From: a virus
Virus record (IMG/VR): IMGVR_UViG_3300036832_001166
Coordinates: 32,001 to 96,000 of that record
DNA length: 64,000 nt
Strand: one strand, 5' to 3'
The notes beneath the pieces are model-generated. The model made no database searches, had not been told where the DNA came from, and worked only from the letters and a program-made list of their open reading frames with translations. Made by a program: the position numbers and the translations under genes. Of the stretch, positions 28,539-38,442 are shown one piece after another; position 1 is the first letter of the stretch, and each line of letters begins with the position of its first letter.

Positions 28539-31500
28539 GTGGCGGTGAGCCTGGAGGCGGCGTTCGTCCTGCTCGACAAGGCGTCGCCCGCGCTGAAGGA
28601 CATCCGCAGGAACGCCATCGAGGCCGACAAGGCGCTACGCGGACTCGGCACCGGCCGCGCGGGGCTCGGCGGCAGCTCGTCAAGCTGGACGGGCGGCGGC
28701 TCTGTCACGGGCTACACCCAGTCGATCACGAAGGCGGGCGACGCCACCAAGAAGACGGGCAACGAGGTCAAGAAGACCGCCGACGAGGTCAAGAAGGCGA
28801 GCGGTTGGTTCAAGCGGGTGACGACGGACGTCAAGGACTGGGCCAAGGCGCTTGACAAGACGCATCCGGCGCTGGCGAACCTCGCGAGCCAGCTCGGTGG
28901 CGTGGTCGGTGGCGTGAAGGGGCTGGCGACCGCGCTGCCGACGATGGCCTGGGCGGCGATCGCCGCGGCCGCGGCGCTGGGTCCGCTGGTGGGGGTGATC
29001 GGTGCGCTTGTCTCGTCGTTGACGTTTGCTGTCGGCGGCGCCGGACTGCTCGGCGGTGGGCTGCTCGGCTCCTTCGCGGTCGGGATCGGCTCGGTGATAG
29101 CCGTCGCCAAGCCTGCGCTGACGGGGCTGAAGAAGTACCAGGCGGCGGTCACGGCGCTCAACAAGGCGATGGCGTCCGGCAGCACGACGCAGATCCGGCA
29201 GCGCCAGAAAGAGCTGGACGCGATCGCCAAGGCCAACCCTGGCGTGGCCCAGTTGGCGCAGAACCTGACCGCGTTCGAGAAGAGCTGGAAGAAGGCGACA
29301 GCGCCGGGTCGCGCGAGCTTCTTCAAGCTCGCGGCCGATGGGATCGCCACGCTGCGCAAGTTGACCCCGACGCTCGCCTCCGAGGTCAACAAGAACACCG
29401 CCGCCGTCGAGGGCGGGTTCCGCAAGATCCTCGCTCCATTCCTGACCGGCAAGACGTTCCAGGACATGATCAAGGGCTTCGGCGGCATCTTCCGCGCGAA
29501 CCTGCCGGGGGTCATGCGAGGGATCGTCAACATCATCACCGGCCTGGCCAACGCGCTGAAAGTCGTCACCCCGGAGCTGAAGAAGTTCGGGCCGTGGTTC
29601 GCGGACTTCACCGACAAGTTTGCGAAGTGGACGGAGTCGCGGCGGGGCCGCGGCCAGATGAACGACATGATCAGGGCGTTCCGGGAGTGGATGCGGCTGC
29701 TCGGCGGCATCGGGCGGTTGCTTGGCGAGATCGTCTCGGGCGGCCAAAAGGGCGGGACGTCGCTCGTGACCAAGATGGCGGACTCGGTCAACAAGCTGGC
29801 CGATAACCTGGCTACGCCGCAGGGCAGGAAGGGGACCGCGAACTACTTCAGCAGGGCGCTGGCCGACGCCGACAAGCTGTGGCCGATCCTGCAGAAGCTC
29901 GTGGACGCCCTCTCGGGGATCTACAAGATCCTCAAGCCGGTCGGGTCGGCCACCACGTTCATCCTCAGCAAGCTGCCCGCGGGGGCGTTCACGGCGCTGG
30001 GGGCCGCATTCCTCGGGTTCAAGATGCTCTCGCCCGCCATCAAGGGCTACAAGGCCGTCAGCGGCTTCTTCACTGGCCGAGACGGCTCGACGCCAACCAA
30101 GTCCCTGTGGGTGTCGCTTACTGGCGGCGGTGGCGGCGAGGGCGGTGGCGGCGGCGGTAGCAGCAGGGGCAAGAAGGGCAAGCTGACCGCGGAGGAGGAG
30201 CAGCTCGCCAAGGAGGCCGAGAAGAAGCCGGGCTTCTTCGGGCGGTTCTTCCGGCGGATCCCCGGCGTGTCGAAGGTCAGCGACTTCATCACCGGCGGCA
30301 AGGAGGGCGCGTCGCTGCTCTCGCGGATCCCGGGCGTCGGCAAGATCACCGGCTTCGGTTCTAAGGCAGCGGGCCTGTTCGGGAAGATCCCCGGACTCTC
30401 AAAGCTCGGGAAGGTCGGGGAGATCGCCGGGAAGGTCGGCTCGCACCTCCCGCTCCTCAGCCTTCTCGCGATGGGGTACGGCGCGGCCGCGTCGCCCGAG
30501 AACGCGTCGGCCGCCGGGCGGATCTCTGGCGCGGCCGAGATGGTCGACCCGACGTCACTCCTGAGCCTCATTCCTGGTCTTGGCGGGTTCCGCGGCGTGG
30601 CGGGCTCGATCCTGCATCCGCTTGCGAGCAGCGGCGGCGCAGGCGGCGTCGCTGCTGGTGCGCTCGGCGGCGCCACGATCGGCGGGACCCTCGGCACGTT
30701 TGTCGCCCCCGGGCTCGGTACGGCGATCGGCGCCGGGATCGGCGGGGTGGCGGGCGGCCTCGGTTCGCTCCTGTTCGGTAGCGGTCCGAACCGGCAGCAG
30801 CAGCAGGCCGACCAGGGCCTGAAGAGCTTCGGGAACCGGATCAAGGGCGTGAAGGACGACCTGGCCGAGTTGACACCCAAGCAGCTCCAGGCGCTGAGGA
30901 GCTGGGCGACGCAGCTCGCCAACGACAAGCACCTCAGCAAGTACCGGGACCAGATCCTGGATGTGCGCGATGCGCTGAAGAATCCGACCACGGGGCTGCC
31001 AAGCGCGCTGGACAAGGTCGCGCCCGCGTTCGACTACATGAAGAGGGGCGCCGGGAAGAGCCTCGACGCGATCCAGGTCATGACGAACTTTGCTGTCCAG
31101 GAGATTCAGAAGACGCTGCCCGCGGGCTCCAAGGCCGCGACCGATGCGCTGGCGGTCAACTACTCGATCGCCGCGGACGATGTGAAGGCGTCGATGAAGG
31201 ACGGTGTCGTCAAGAACACCCGGGAGGGCATCGCGGAGGTCAACCGGCTGATGGCCGAGGCGTTCAAGCAGCTCGGCATTAGCCCGGCGACCGCGAAGAA
31301 GCTCGCAGCCCAGGGCTGGTCGCTGAAGGCCATCACCAGCGCTGGGTCAAGCGCGCAGAAGTCGGGCCTGACCGGCTCGGGGGGCGGCCTGACCGGGTCG
31401 ACGGTCAGCGGGCAGTCCTACCAGTACGCGGCGGGCGGACGGATCCCCGGACGGGCACGCGGCGATCACATCCCGCTCTACGGCCGCGGCGGCGGCCTGC

Positions 31501-32819
31501 TCGGGATCGCTGACGGCGGCGAGCTGGTCGTCAACCGGCATACCGAGAGCCGCATCAACCGCAAGCTGGCGGCATACGGGACAACGCTCGGCAAGGAGGT
31601 CGCGAGCGAGACCAAGCCGCATTACCAGACGGGCAGCTACGCGCACGGCGGACGCGTCCAGGGCTACCAGACCGGCGGGGTCGTCGGGCAGATCAACGCG
31701 CTGGCGTCGGCCGCCGGGTTCAACCGGATCGCGATCGCCGGGCTGCTCGGCAATGCGATGCAGGAGTCGAGCCTGAACCCGAACACGCCCGGCGGCGGCC
31801 TGTGGCAGCAGATCTCCAACTTCGGTCAAGGCACCGGCGGCTCGGTCGCGCAGCAGTGGGCGCGCATGCTCCCGCAGATCACCGGGCTGCGCGCGGCAAT
31901 GAACGCGGCAGGCACGCCCGGCGCCGCCGCGACCATCTTCGAACAGGGGTTTGAGAAGGCGGGCATCCCAGCCCTGGCCAACCGCATCCGGTACGCAAAC
32001 GCGGCGTTCGCAGGCAAGCTCGGCAAGATCACCGGCGGCGGAGGTGGCGGAGGCGGCGTCTCCATTCCGCTCCTGAGACCACCGAACGTCGGCGGCCAGG
32101 CGTTCCAGCACGCGCTTGGTCAAGCGACCGTCAACCAGTACACCGGCGCTGCGAACTACGTGCTGCAGCGGGTCGCGGCTTCGATGGGCGGCGGTGGTGG
32201 TGGCATCGGCATGGGCGGCGCGATCCCACGCGGCGCAGCGGGCACGGTCATGGACCCGTCCGGCAAGCCGGTCGCGGGATGGATCGAGCCGATCCTGGCA
32301 TGGGCTCGCACGCACGGCTGGTCGGGCACGGTCACCAGCGGCTACCGCAGCTACGCGCAGCAGGCCGCGATCTACAACTCGGGCGTGCGCCCCGCCGCGG
32401 TGCCCGGCACCAGCAACCATGAGGGCACCGTCTACCCGCGCGGCGCGGTGGACGTCAGCAACGCGTCAGGGCTGTCCCGCGTGCTTCTGAGCGGCCCGTA
32501 CGGGTCCACGCTGGTCTGGGCGGGGGCCAAGGACCCGGTCCACTTCTCGCACCCGCACGGCGGCTCCTACGGGCTCGGCGGGCGCGTTCCGTGGTTCGCT
32601 GGGGGCGCCGACTTCATTGCGAGCCGTCCGCAGCTCATCGGCGTTGGCGACCGCCCCGGCGGCGAGCGCGTCCAGGTCACCCCGGCTGGAGGGCGCACCG
32701 GCGGCGGCGGGCATCACATCGAGATCCACAAGATCGAGGTCAACCGCAAGGGTGACATCCAGAGGATCGTTGATGAGGAGCTGCGGCTTCTCGCTGACTC
32801 GCTGGACAGGCAGAGCTGA
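28539..32819 (+). CDS. Tape measure protein with phage-tail-lysozyme-like and M15 peptidase-like domains
   Basis: 1426 aa helical; IAGLLGNAMQESSLNP; SGYRSYAQQ...PGTSNHE...AVD. Confidence 0.92.
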   Translation: MAVSLEAAFVLLDKASPALKDIRRNAIEADKALRGLGTGRAGLGGSSSSWTGGGSVTGYTQSITKAGDATKKTGNEVKKTADEVKKASGWFKRVTTDVKDWAKALDKTHPALANLASQLGGVVGGVKGLATALPTMAWAAIAAAAALGPLVGVIGALVSSLTFAVGGAGLLGGGLLGSFAVGIGSVIAVAKPALTGLKKYQAAVTALNKAMASGSTTQIRQRQKELDAIAKANPGVAQLAQNLTAFEKSWKKATAPGRASFFKLAADGIATLRKLTPTLASEVNKNTAAVEGGFRKILAPFLTGKTFQDMIKGFGGIFRANLPGVMRGIVNIITGLANALKVVTPELKKFGPWFADFTDKFAKWTESRRGRGQMNDMIRAFREWMRLLGGIGRLLGEIVSGGQKGGTSLVTKMADSVNKLADNLATPQGRKGTANYFSRALADADKLWPILQKLVDALSGIYKILKPVGSATTFILSKLPAGAFTALGAAFLGFKMLSPAIKGYKAVSGFFTGRDGSTPTKSLWVSLTGGGGGEGGGGGGSSRGKKGKLTAEEEQLAKEAEKKPGFFGRFFRRIPGVSKVSDFITGGKEGASLLSRIPGVGKITGFGSKAAGLFGKIPGLSKLGKVGEIAGKVGSHLPLLSLLAMGYGAAASPENASAAGRISGAAEMVDPTSLLSLIPGLGGFRGVAGSILHPLASSGGAGGVAAGALGGATIGGTLGTFVAPGLGTAIGAGIGGVAGGLGSLLFGSGPNRQQQQADQGLKSFGNRIKGVKDDLAELTPKQLQALRSWATQLANDKHLSKYRDQILDVRDALKNPTTGLPSALDKVAPAFDYMKRGAGKSLDAIQVMTNFAVQEIQKTLPAGSKAATDALAVNYSIAADDVKASMKDGVVKNTREGIAEVNRLMAEAFKQLGISPATAKKLAAQGWSLKAITSAGSSAQKSGLTGSGGGLTGSTVSGQSYQYAAGGRIPGRARGDHIPLYGRGGGLLGIADGGELVVNRHTESRINRKLAAYGTTLGKEVASETKPHYQTGSYAHGGRVQGYQTGGVVGQINALASAAGFNRIAIAGLLGNAMQESSLNPNTPGGGLWQQISNFGQGTGGSVAQQWARMLPQITGLRAAMNAAGTPGAAATIFEQGFEKAGIPALANRIRYANAAFAGKLGKITGGGGGGGGVSIPLLRPPNVGGQAFQHALGQATVNQYTGAANYVLQRVAASMGGGGGGIGMGGAIPRGAAGTVMDPSGKPVAGWIEPILAWARTHGWSGTVTSGYRSYAQQAAIYNSGVRPAAVPGTSNHEGTVYPRGAVDVSNASGLSRVLLSGPYGSTLVWAGAKDPVHFSHPHGGSYGLGGRVPWFAGGADFIASRPQLIGVGDRPGGERVQVTPAGGRTGGGGHHIEIHKIEVNRKGDIQRIVDEELRLLADSLDRQS

Positions 32820-33712
32820 TGGCCGTCAGCAACCAGGAGTCGAGAAGCGATGGTCTGAAGGTGACGATCTCCGCGTTCGGCAACGGGCTGACCGTCAACA
32901 AGCAGGGCCGTCCGCTGCTGCCGCGCCCGTTCGTGTTCCAGTGCCCGCCGCTGGAGCAGTTCACGATCGCGCACCAGCAGAACTTCGGCACCTACGACAC
33001 CATCGACGACGACCAGTACTCGCGCCGCGGCTCGCGTCAGCTCGACACCTGGTCGTTCGACACGCTGGCCATGTACCTCGGCGTCGACGCGCAGGGCCGC
33101 TACGAGCCGAGCTGGGTGCCGTACCCGACCCGCGAGTCGCATGGCTTGCAGTACCAGGCGCCAGAGTGGTACCGCAAGCAGCTCTGGGATCTGCACGATG
33201 CCGGGTCGCCGTTCCGCTTCGTCGCCGCGTTCAAGCGGTCCACAACGATCCGCCGCACGTACGCGACGCTGACCGCCTTCAACGAGGACTACAAGCACGG
33301 CGAGGGTGACGTGATCTACTTCAGTGCGGTCAGCTTCCAGGAGTGGCGCGACCCGGGCGACGCGTCACAACCCAAGCCCCGCGGCTCGGACAAGCTGCCC
33401 GCGCACGTGCGCTTCCGCTTCACCGGCGGACGCTATCTCGCCTATGACACCGAGACGGGCCGGACCATCCCGGCGCGCGGCGGAGCGGGCACGACCATGA
33501 ACGATCTCGCGCGCTTCTACTACGGCAACGCGTCAGACTGGCGGCTGATCGCCAAGGCCAACCACCTACGCGGCGGCAGCGGCCTGACGCAGATCTACAA
33601 GCACTGGTATCCGCACCGGATCTCGCGCGGCAAGCCGAACGCCACGATGACGATCCCCAAGCAGCCACACAAGCCCTCTCCGGCCCGTACTGCCCCGGCC
33701 AAGGCGAAGTGA
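32819..33712 (+). CDS. Tail tube initiator with LysM-like domain
   Basis: Post-TMP position; TMNDLARFYYGNASDWRLIAKAN. Confidence 0.75.
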   Translation: MAVSNQESRSDGLKVTISAFGNGLTVNKQGRPLLPRPFVFQCPPLEQFTIAHQQNFGTYDTIDDDQYSRRGSRQLDTWSFDTLAMYLGVDAQGRYEPSWVPYPTRESHGLQYQAPEWYRKQLWDLHDAGSPFRFVAAFKRSTTIRRTYATLTAFNEDYKHGEGDVIYFSAVSFQEWRDPGDASQPKPRGSDKLPAHVRFRFTGGRYLAYDTETGRTIPARGGAGTTMNDLARFYYGNASDWRLIAKANHLRGGSGLTQIYKHWYPHRISRGKPNATMTIPKQPHKPSPARTAPAKAK

Positions 33713-33713
33713 C

Positions 33714-35261
33714 ATGGCCGCCACGATCAGCGCTGCCGAGCGCCACCAGGAGGTCCGCTTTGAGGACATGGTCGTCGATCAGCTTGAGCACACGATCACG
33801 ACGCCCGACCTCTGGAAGACGCGCGTGCGAGTGGTGGCCCGCACCGTCGACGGGAACCAGGACATCTCCAAGCTGTGCGACACCCTGAACTGGCAGGACC
33901 AGTCCACCGACGATCTGCGCAACATCAACACGCAGGCGGCGATGACCGGCTCGATCACGCTGAACAAGCCCGCGCTGCGCCAGTACGCCAAGCTGCTGGC
34001 CCCAGCGTTCTCCGCGCGCATCGTCAACGGCACCGACCGGTGGGGTGCGATGGGGATCGTGATCATCTGCCAGGTCGGCTACGGCAAGCACTACACGAAC
34101 ATCTGGGCGATGCGCGTTGGGCCTGGCTACGACACGGGGATCGCGGAGACGGTGACGCTGTCGAGCGGCAGTGACACGCTGAACCTCGCCGACGATCTGT
34201 GGACGCTCGCGCAGACCGTCGCCGACTTCAAGTACACGAAGGGCAAGGTGTCACGCAAGAACGGCTGGCGTTGTCACGAGATCGCCCATGACGTGTGTCA
34301 GCGCTACCGGGTGCCGGTCCGCGCGCTGTCGCAAGGCACCGCCTACTTCTCGATGGCGGCGTCAAGCACGAAGCTGACGTCGCCGGTGCATGTGATTACC
34401 CGCGCCTACCAGGAGGAGACCAAGCGCACCGGGCGCACGTTCATCATCCGCTGGGGAGCGCCCGACAAGAAGTTCCCGTTCGGAGCGCTGGAGGTGGTCC
34501 CCATGCGCCGCAACCGCAACCTCACGAAGTTCCGCCAGCAGCTCCTCGACGCGACGCTCACCCGCAACCAGGCTGTCGGCTTCGCGACCGTGATCCTGGC
34601 GCGCGGAACGATGAAGGGGCCGAAGGGCAAGAAGACGCAGAAGGTCACCGCGACGGTCACCTCAGATGCGGCGATCCGACGGTTCGGGTTCATCCGCAAG
34701 ACGATCGACTTCGGCACCGTCTCCTCCCGGCTGGAGCTGCAGATCCTGGCGCAGCGCACGCTCGCGCAGCGCCTGTCGCCGATCCGTACCGCCGAGCTGA
34801 ACCATCCGGGGATCGCGACGATCCGCCGCGGCGACGCCGTCCACATTGACCTGCCCGAGGAGGGGTACTCGGACTCGTGGCTGGCCTCGCTGGCGACACC
34901 GGGCACCAAGGGCGACCACTCCAAGGCGCTGATCGCAGCGCTGACGGCCGCGGAGAAGAGCGACCCGACGATGTTCGGCCTACCGGACCCGACGCTTGCT
35001 GCCCAGGCCGCCAGCGCGACGCCTGCCGCGAACGCGCCCGCGTTCATGCCGGTCGCCAACCAGGGGATCGCGTTCGTCACCTCTGCCGCGCACTCGGTGT
35101 CGGCCGGGAGCTACACGATGGATCTCACGACGAGCTTCATCGACGTTCTCGACCCGCGCGAGGTGCGGGCGCAGGTGGACAAGACGGTCCGCGCCTGGAA
35201 GGCGTCGCAGGCGACGACGCCGTCCAAGACCGCGAAGGCCAAGCAGGCGAAGAAGAAGTAG
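33714..35261 (+). CDS. Baseplate hub protein (XkdQ/gp27-like)
   Basis: Position; AIRRFGFIRKT...GIATIRRGDAVHI. Confidence 0.75.
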   Translation: MAATISAAERHQEVRFEDMVVDQLEHTITTPDLWKTRVRVVARTVDGNQDISKLCDTLNWQDQSTDDLRNINTQAAMTGSITLNKPALRQYAKLLAPAFSARIVNGTDRWGAMGIVIICQVGYGKHYTNIWAMRVGPGYDTGIAETVTLSSGSDTLNLADDLWTLAQTVADFKYTKGKVSRKNGWRCHEIAHDVCQRYRVPVRALSQGTAYFSMAASSTKLTSPVHVITRAYQEETKRTGRTFIIRWGAPDKKFPFGALEVVPMRRNRNLTKFRQQLLDATLTRNQAVGFATVILARGTMKGPKGKKTQKVTATVTSDAAIRRFGFIRKTIDFGTVSSRLELQILAQRTLAQRLSPIRTAELNHPGIATIRRGDAVHIDLPEEGYSDSWLASLATPGTKGDHSKALIAALTAAEKSDPTMFGLPDPTLAAQAASATPAANAPAFMPVANQGIAFVTSAAHSVSAGSYTMDLTTSFIDVLDPREVRAQVDKTVRAWKASQATTPSKTAKAKQAKKK

Positions 35262-35609
35262 ATGCTCGGACCCGAACCGCTCGTGCTTGCTGGACGTCAG
35301 GCATTCCCGGATGCGCAGCAGGACTTCCTGGGCGTGGTCGCTCCGCTCGGCTTCTTCGCTGTGAGCTGGTACGGCACCGCGGTGTCGGATGAGCGCGGCA
35401 GCTTCGGCGTCGTGGATCCAGCGATGGGGCTCGCTGCCTCCGTTGGCGATGTCGTCGAGGTCGGCTACGGCGGCCGCACCGTCCGCGTGTATGTGATCGG
35501 CTCTCAGGCGGGGCTCGGCACCGACCTTGGCATCACCCGGCGCTGCTACCTGGCGCTGGCACTGCTCGTGGTCGAGCCGATCACCGCGACGGTGGGCACG
35601 GTCTCGTGA
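35262..35609 (+). CDS. RlpA-like double-psi beta-barrel protein, likely degenerate
   Basis: SWYG...GDVVEVGYGGRTVRVYV...DLGITRR pattern. Confidence 0.5.
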   Translation: MLGPEPLVLAGRQAFPDAQQDFLGVVAPLGFFAVSWYGTAVSDERGSFGVVDPAMGLAASVGDVVEVGYGGRTVRVYVIGSQAGLGTDLGITRRCYLALALLVVEPITATVGTVS

Positions 35610-36313
35610 GCGGACGGCTGGCTCTGCGCGACGCGCTCGGCAATCACGCCAAGCGCCTCGTTGATCGTCACAGGGGCTCGCACTGGGCAACGGTGTCGGA
35701 CACGAGCCCGCTGACGCTCGACATGCACGACTACGACCATCCGCTGTTCTACGGCGACGACTTCGAGCTGTCGCAGTCGGTCACCAGCTACCGCCAGGCG
35801 GTCAGCCTGTTCGTCGGCGACCTGGTGCTGCTGCAGGAGATTGGTGATGCCTGGGTGGCGGTCGACGTCGTCTCTGAGCGAGCCGTCCCGGCGCTCGGTA
35901 GCGTGCCTCCCGCTGCGCCCAAGCCCGCCTTCATCCCCTTCGCTCAGCAGGGGTTGTACGCCGCGAGCTGGTCGGACTACGACACGTCCGGGGGCTACCA
36001 GATCGGCAGCTTCGTGCTCGACAGGAGCTGGATGTCGCTGCGCGGGCTGGTCAAGAAGGCCACGGCGTACGTCGCTGCCGACGTCGTCGCCACGCTAACG
36101 CCAGGGTTCCGGCCGGGGCAGACCGAGATATTCGATTGCATGGCCTACGACTCGGTGATGGGCATCTTCGTCTGCCGCGTCGATGTGGTCGGCGGCACAG
36201 GGGCCAGCGCCGGGCAGATCCAGGTCGCGGGCAACAACGTCCCGAACTTCTCTCCGGCGGGCAACATGGGCTGGCTGTCGCTCGCGAAGATCCGCTTCCT
36301 CCAGGAGCGCTGA
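35606..36313 (+). CDS. Baseplate spike-like N-terminus fused to receptor-binding-type beta domain
   Basis: GDLVLL..IGD.WVAVD OB motif; SLRGLVK...LTPGFRP...RVDV...LSLAKIRF. Confidence 0.65.
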   Translation: MSGRLALRDALGNHAKRLVDRHRGSHWATVSDTSPLTLDMHDYDHPLFYGDDFELSQSVTSYRQAVSLFVGDLVLLQEIGDAWVAVDVVSERAVPALGSVPPAAPKPAFIPFAQQGLYAASWSDYDTSGGYQIGSFVLDRSWMSLRGLVKKATAYVAADVVATLTPGFRPGQTEIFDCMAYDSVMGIFVCRVDVVGGTGASAGQIQVAGNNVPNFSPAGNMGWLSLAKIRFLQER

Positions 36314-36318
36314 GTGCG

Positions 36319-36744
36319 TTGCCCGACATCTACCTCGGCGGCACCCAGATGTTGCGCCACGGACTCGGGGCCAACGGCAGCTTGGTCACCGTTCCCGGCG
36401 GTGGCTGGGGCGGCACGTTGGGTCCCGGGTTCACGCTGCTGTTCCAGTGGCCGGTCACGGTCACCTGCCCGGACGGCAGCTACATCTTCGGACGCACCGA
36501 GTTCAGCGCCTACGGCAGCGGCCTGGTTCTCGAAGGGTGCGCGCAGGAGAACGGCGCCGGGCTCGTCGGCTGGGGCAAGCAGTACACCTATGGGTGGCGG
36601 CAGCAGTTCGCCTACACCTGGTACGTGGGACGCCTCAGCCCCGGCGCGCACACGATCAACAGCGGCGTCTACGTCGAGGCTGGGACGATCTCGTTCGACG
36701 GCAACGCGGGTGGCACGTCGCTGGCGTGGGAGATGCCAGCGTGA
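36319..36744 (+). CDS. Fibre-tip-like paralog 1 of 3
   Basis: TTG start 11 nt after CAGGAG; PGAHTINSGVYV...FDGNAGGTSLAWE. Confidence 0.7.
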   Translation: MPDIYLGGTQMLRHGLGANGSLVTVPGGGWGGTLGPGFTLLFQWPVTVTCPDGSYIFGRTEFSAYGSGLVLEGCAQENGAGLVGWGKQYTYGWRQQFAYTWYVGRLSPGAHTINSGVYVEAGTISFDGNAGGTSLAWEMPA

Positions 36745-37169
36745 GTCCGAGCCAGATCATCGCGGGCGCCAGCCAGCTCAGCGAGCGGGTGCTCGGCCAG
36801 AGCATCATCAACGAGGCTGGCGGCGGCTGGGCGGGCGGGTTCACGGGCCGCGTCGGGCTCAAGCAGCATTCGCTCACCGTGACCAACCCGGCGGGCGCGA
36901 CGGTCCAGGGGGTCATGGACCTGACGTGCTACACGGGGATCGGCGGGTCGGTCATCCAGGGCAGCCTGTCGGTCGACGGTGGCGGTCAGAGCGTCTGGGG
37001 CATTCTGTACTGGAACCTCGTCAGCACCCACTTTCACTTCTGGTGGCCCTGGTCGGTAGCGGTCGGCCCGGGCGCGCACACGTTCAACGTCGGGATCTGG
37101 GTGGCGGCCGGGAACGTCTACTTCGACTCAAACGACGGCGGCACCTCGGTGTGCTGGGAGCGGATATGA
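36741..37169 (+). CDS. Fibre-tip-like paralog 2 of 3
   Basis: GTGA overlap; PGAHTFNVGIWV...FDSNDGGTSVCWE. Confidence 0.75.
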   Translation: MSPSQIIAGASQLSERVLGQSIINEAGGGWAGGFTGRVGLKQHSLTVTNPAGATVQGVMDLTCYTGIGGSVIQGSLSVDGGGQSVWGILYWNLVSTHFHFWWPWSVAVGPGAHTFNVGIWVAAGNVYFDSNDGGTSVCWERI

Positions 37170-37597
37170 GCAAGATCCTGCTCGGCGGCGTGGAGATGTG
37201 CGAGCACGGCCTCGGCCACGACGTTCAGAACAGTTGGGGCGGCTGGGCGGGCTCGTTCGGCGTCGGCGGCGTGGGCCTGTTCAACCACTCGATCACGATC
37301 AAGCGCGACGGTGGCGCGCCCGTCTACGGCATCACCACGTTCACCGGCTACAGCGCCCCGAGCACGATCCCCGGGATCGGTGGCGCGATCTGGATCGACG
37401 GCGCGTTCTACGGCGTCGTCTGGGGCGGCGAGTACCCCGGCTCGGGCAGCACGCACTGGCCGCACACGTTCGAGTGGTGGACCCCGCCGCTGGCGAAGGG
37501 CGCGCACACCCTCAACGCGGGCGCCTACGTCATCAACCCGACCTGGGTGTTCGACGCCAACGACGGCGGCGTGTCGATCTGCTGGGAGCACCCATGA
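37166..37597 (+). CDS. Fibre-tip-like paralog 3 of 3
   Basis: ATGA overlap; KGAHTLNAGAYV...FDANDGGVSICWE. Confidence 0.75.
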   Translation: MSKILLGGVEMCEHGLGHDVQNSWGGWAGSFGVGGVGLFNHSITIKRDGGAPVYGITTFTGYSAPSTIPGIGGAIWIDGAFYGVVWGGEYPGSGSTHWPHTFEWWTPPLAKGAHTLNAGAYVINPTWVFDANDGGVSICWEHP

Positions 37598-37848
37598 GCG
37601 CCCTGCCCGACGCCTACTGGCACACCGACCTCACCACCGCCGACGTCCACTGCTGGTGGGATGCCGCGGGTGAGCCGACGCATGAGCTGAGCGCCGACTG
37701 CCCATGCGGGCCGACCGGCTACACCGTCGCCGAGCACGCCTCGGCCGCCGGGGGCACCATCCCGCAGCACGACGTCTACGTCCACCAGGCGGTCGCGACC
37801 GACCTTCCGCCAGTCCCCGTCGACCTCACCGCGGCGATCGCCATATGA
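37594..37848 (+). CDS. Small His/Cys-rich protein
   Basis: ATGA overlap; HELSADCPCGP...VYVH motif. Confidence 0.65.
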   Translation: MSALPDAYWHTDLTTADVHCWWDAAGEPTHELSADCPCGPTGYTVAEHASAAGGTIPQHDVYVHQAVATDLPPVPVDLTAAIAI

Positions 37849-38432
37849 GCGACTACGCGATCGTCAACACCAACGCCACGCCCGGCGACGTCGTCCAGAT
37901 CGTCACCCACGACCCGGGCGTGGCGAGCTTCCCCAACCCCACCAGCCCCGAACTGGAGTGGGTTGACGTCACCGACCTCGCGCCGCAGCCCGAGATCGGC
38001 TGGACCTACGACGGCACCACGTTCACGCAGTCCCAGGCCGCCCAGAACGCCGCCAGCACACTCGCCGCCAACGCGACGTTCCTCGGCCTGGCGAGCCCGA
38101 ACAGCGCGCAGGTGGCCGCTCAGGTCAAGGCGCTGACATCTCAGGTCAGCGCGCTCATCGAGCAAACCTCCCTGCCTCTGCGCAAGGTCACCGCGGTCAC
38201 CCCCGCGGAGGGTCCTGTTACGGGCGCGACCGCGGTCACGCTGACCGGCGTCGGCTTCACCGGCATCACCGCTGTCACGTTCGGGGGCGTGGCTGCCACC
38301 GGGCTCGCGGTGGTCGACGACGCGACGATCACCTGCCAGACACCCGCAGGGAAGAAGGGCACGGTCGACGTGCAGGCGCTCGACGGCTCGCGGGGCAGCC
38401 CCATCCTTCCGAGCGGCTTCACGTACGTGTGA
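37845..38432 (+). CDS. Tail fibre assembly-like N-terminus plus IPT/TIG domain
   Basis: WVDVTD..PQPEIGWTYDG; VTAVTPAEGPVTGATAVTLTGVGF...VTFGG...TPA...GFTY. Confidence 0.75.
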   Translation: MSDYAIVNTNATPGDVVQIVTHDPGVASFPNPTSPELEWVDVTDLAPQPEIGWTYDGTTFTQSQAAQNAASTLAANATFLGLASPNSAQVAAQVKALTSQVSALIEQTSLPLRKVTAVTPAEGPVTGATAVTLTGVGFTGITAVTFGGVAATGLAVVDDATITCQTPAGKKGTVDVQALDGSRGSPILPSGFTYV

Positions 38433-38442
38433 GGAGACCGAG

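Noticed and set aside
36319-37597. Diversity-generating retroelement behind the paralogs
   Set aside because: No reverse transcriptase and no TR/VR near-identical pair; divergence is not adenine-specific
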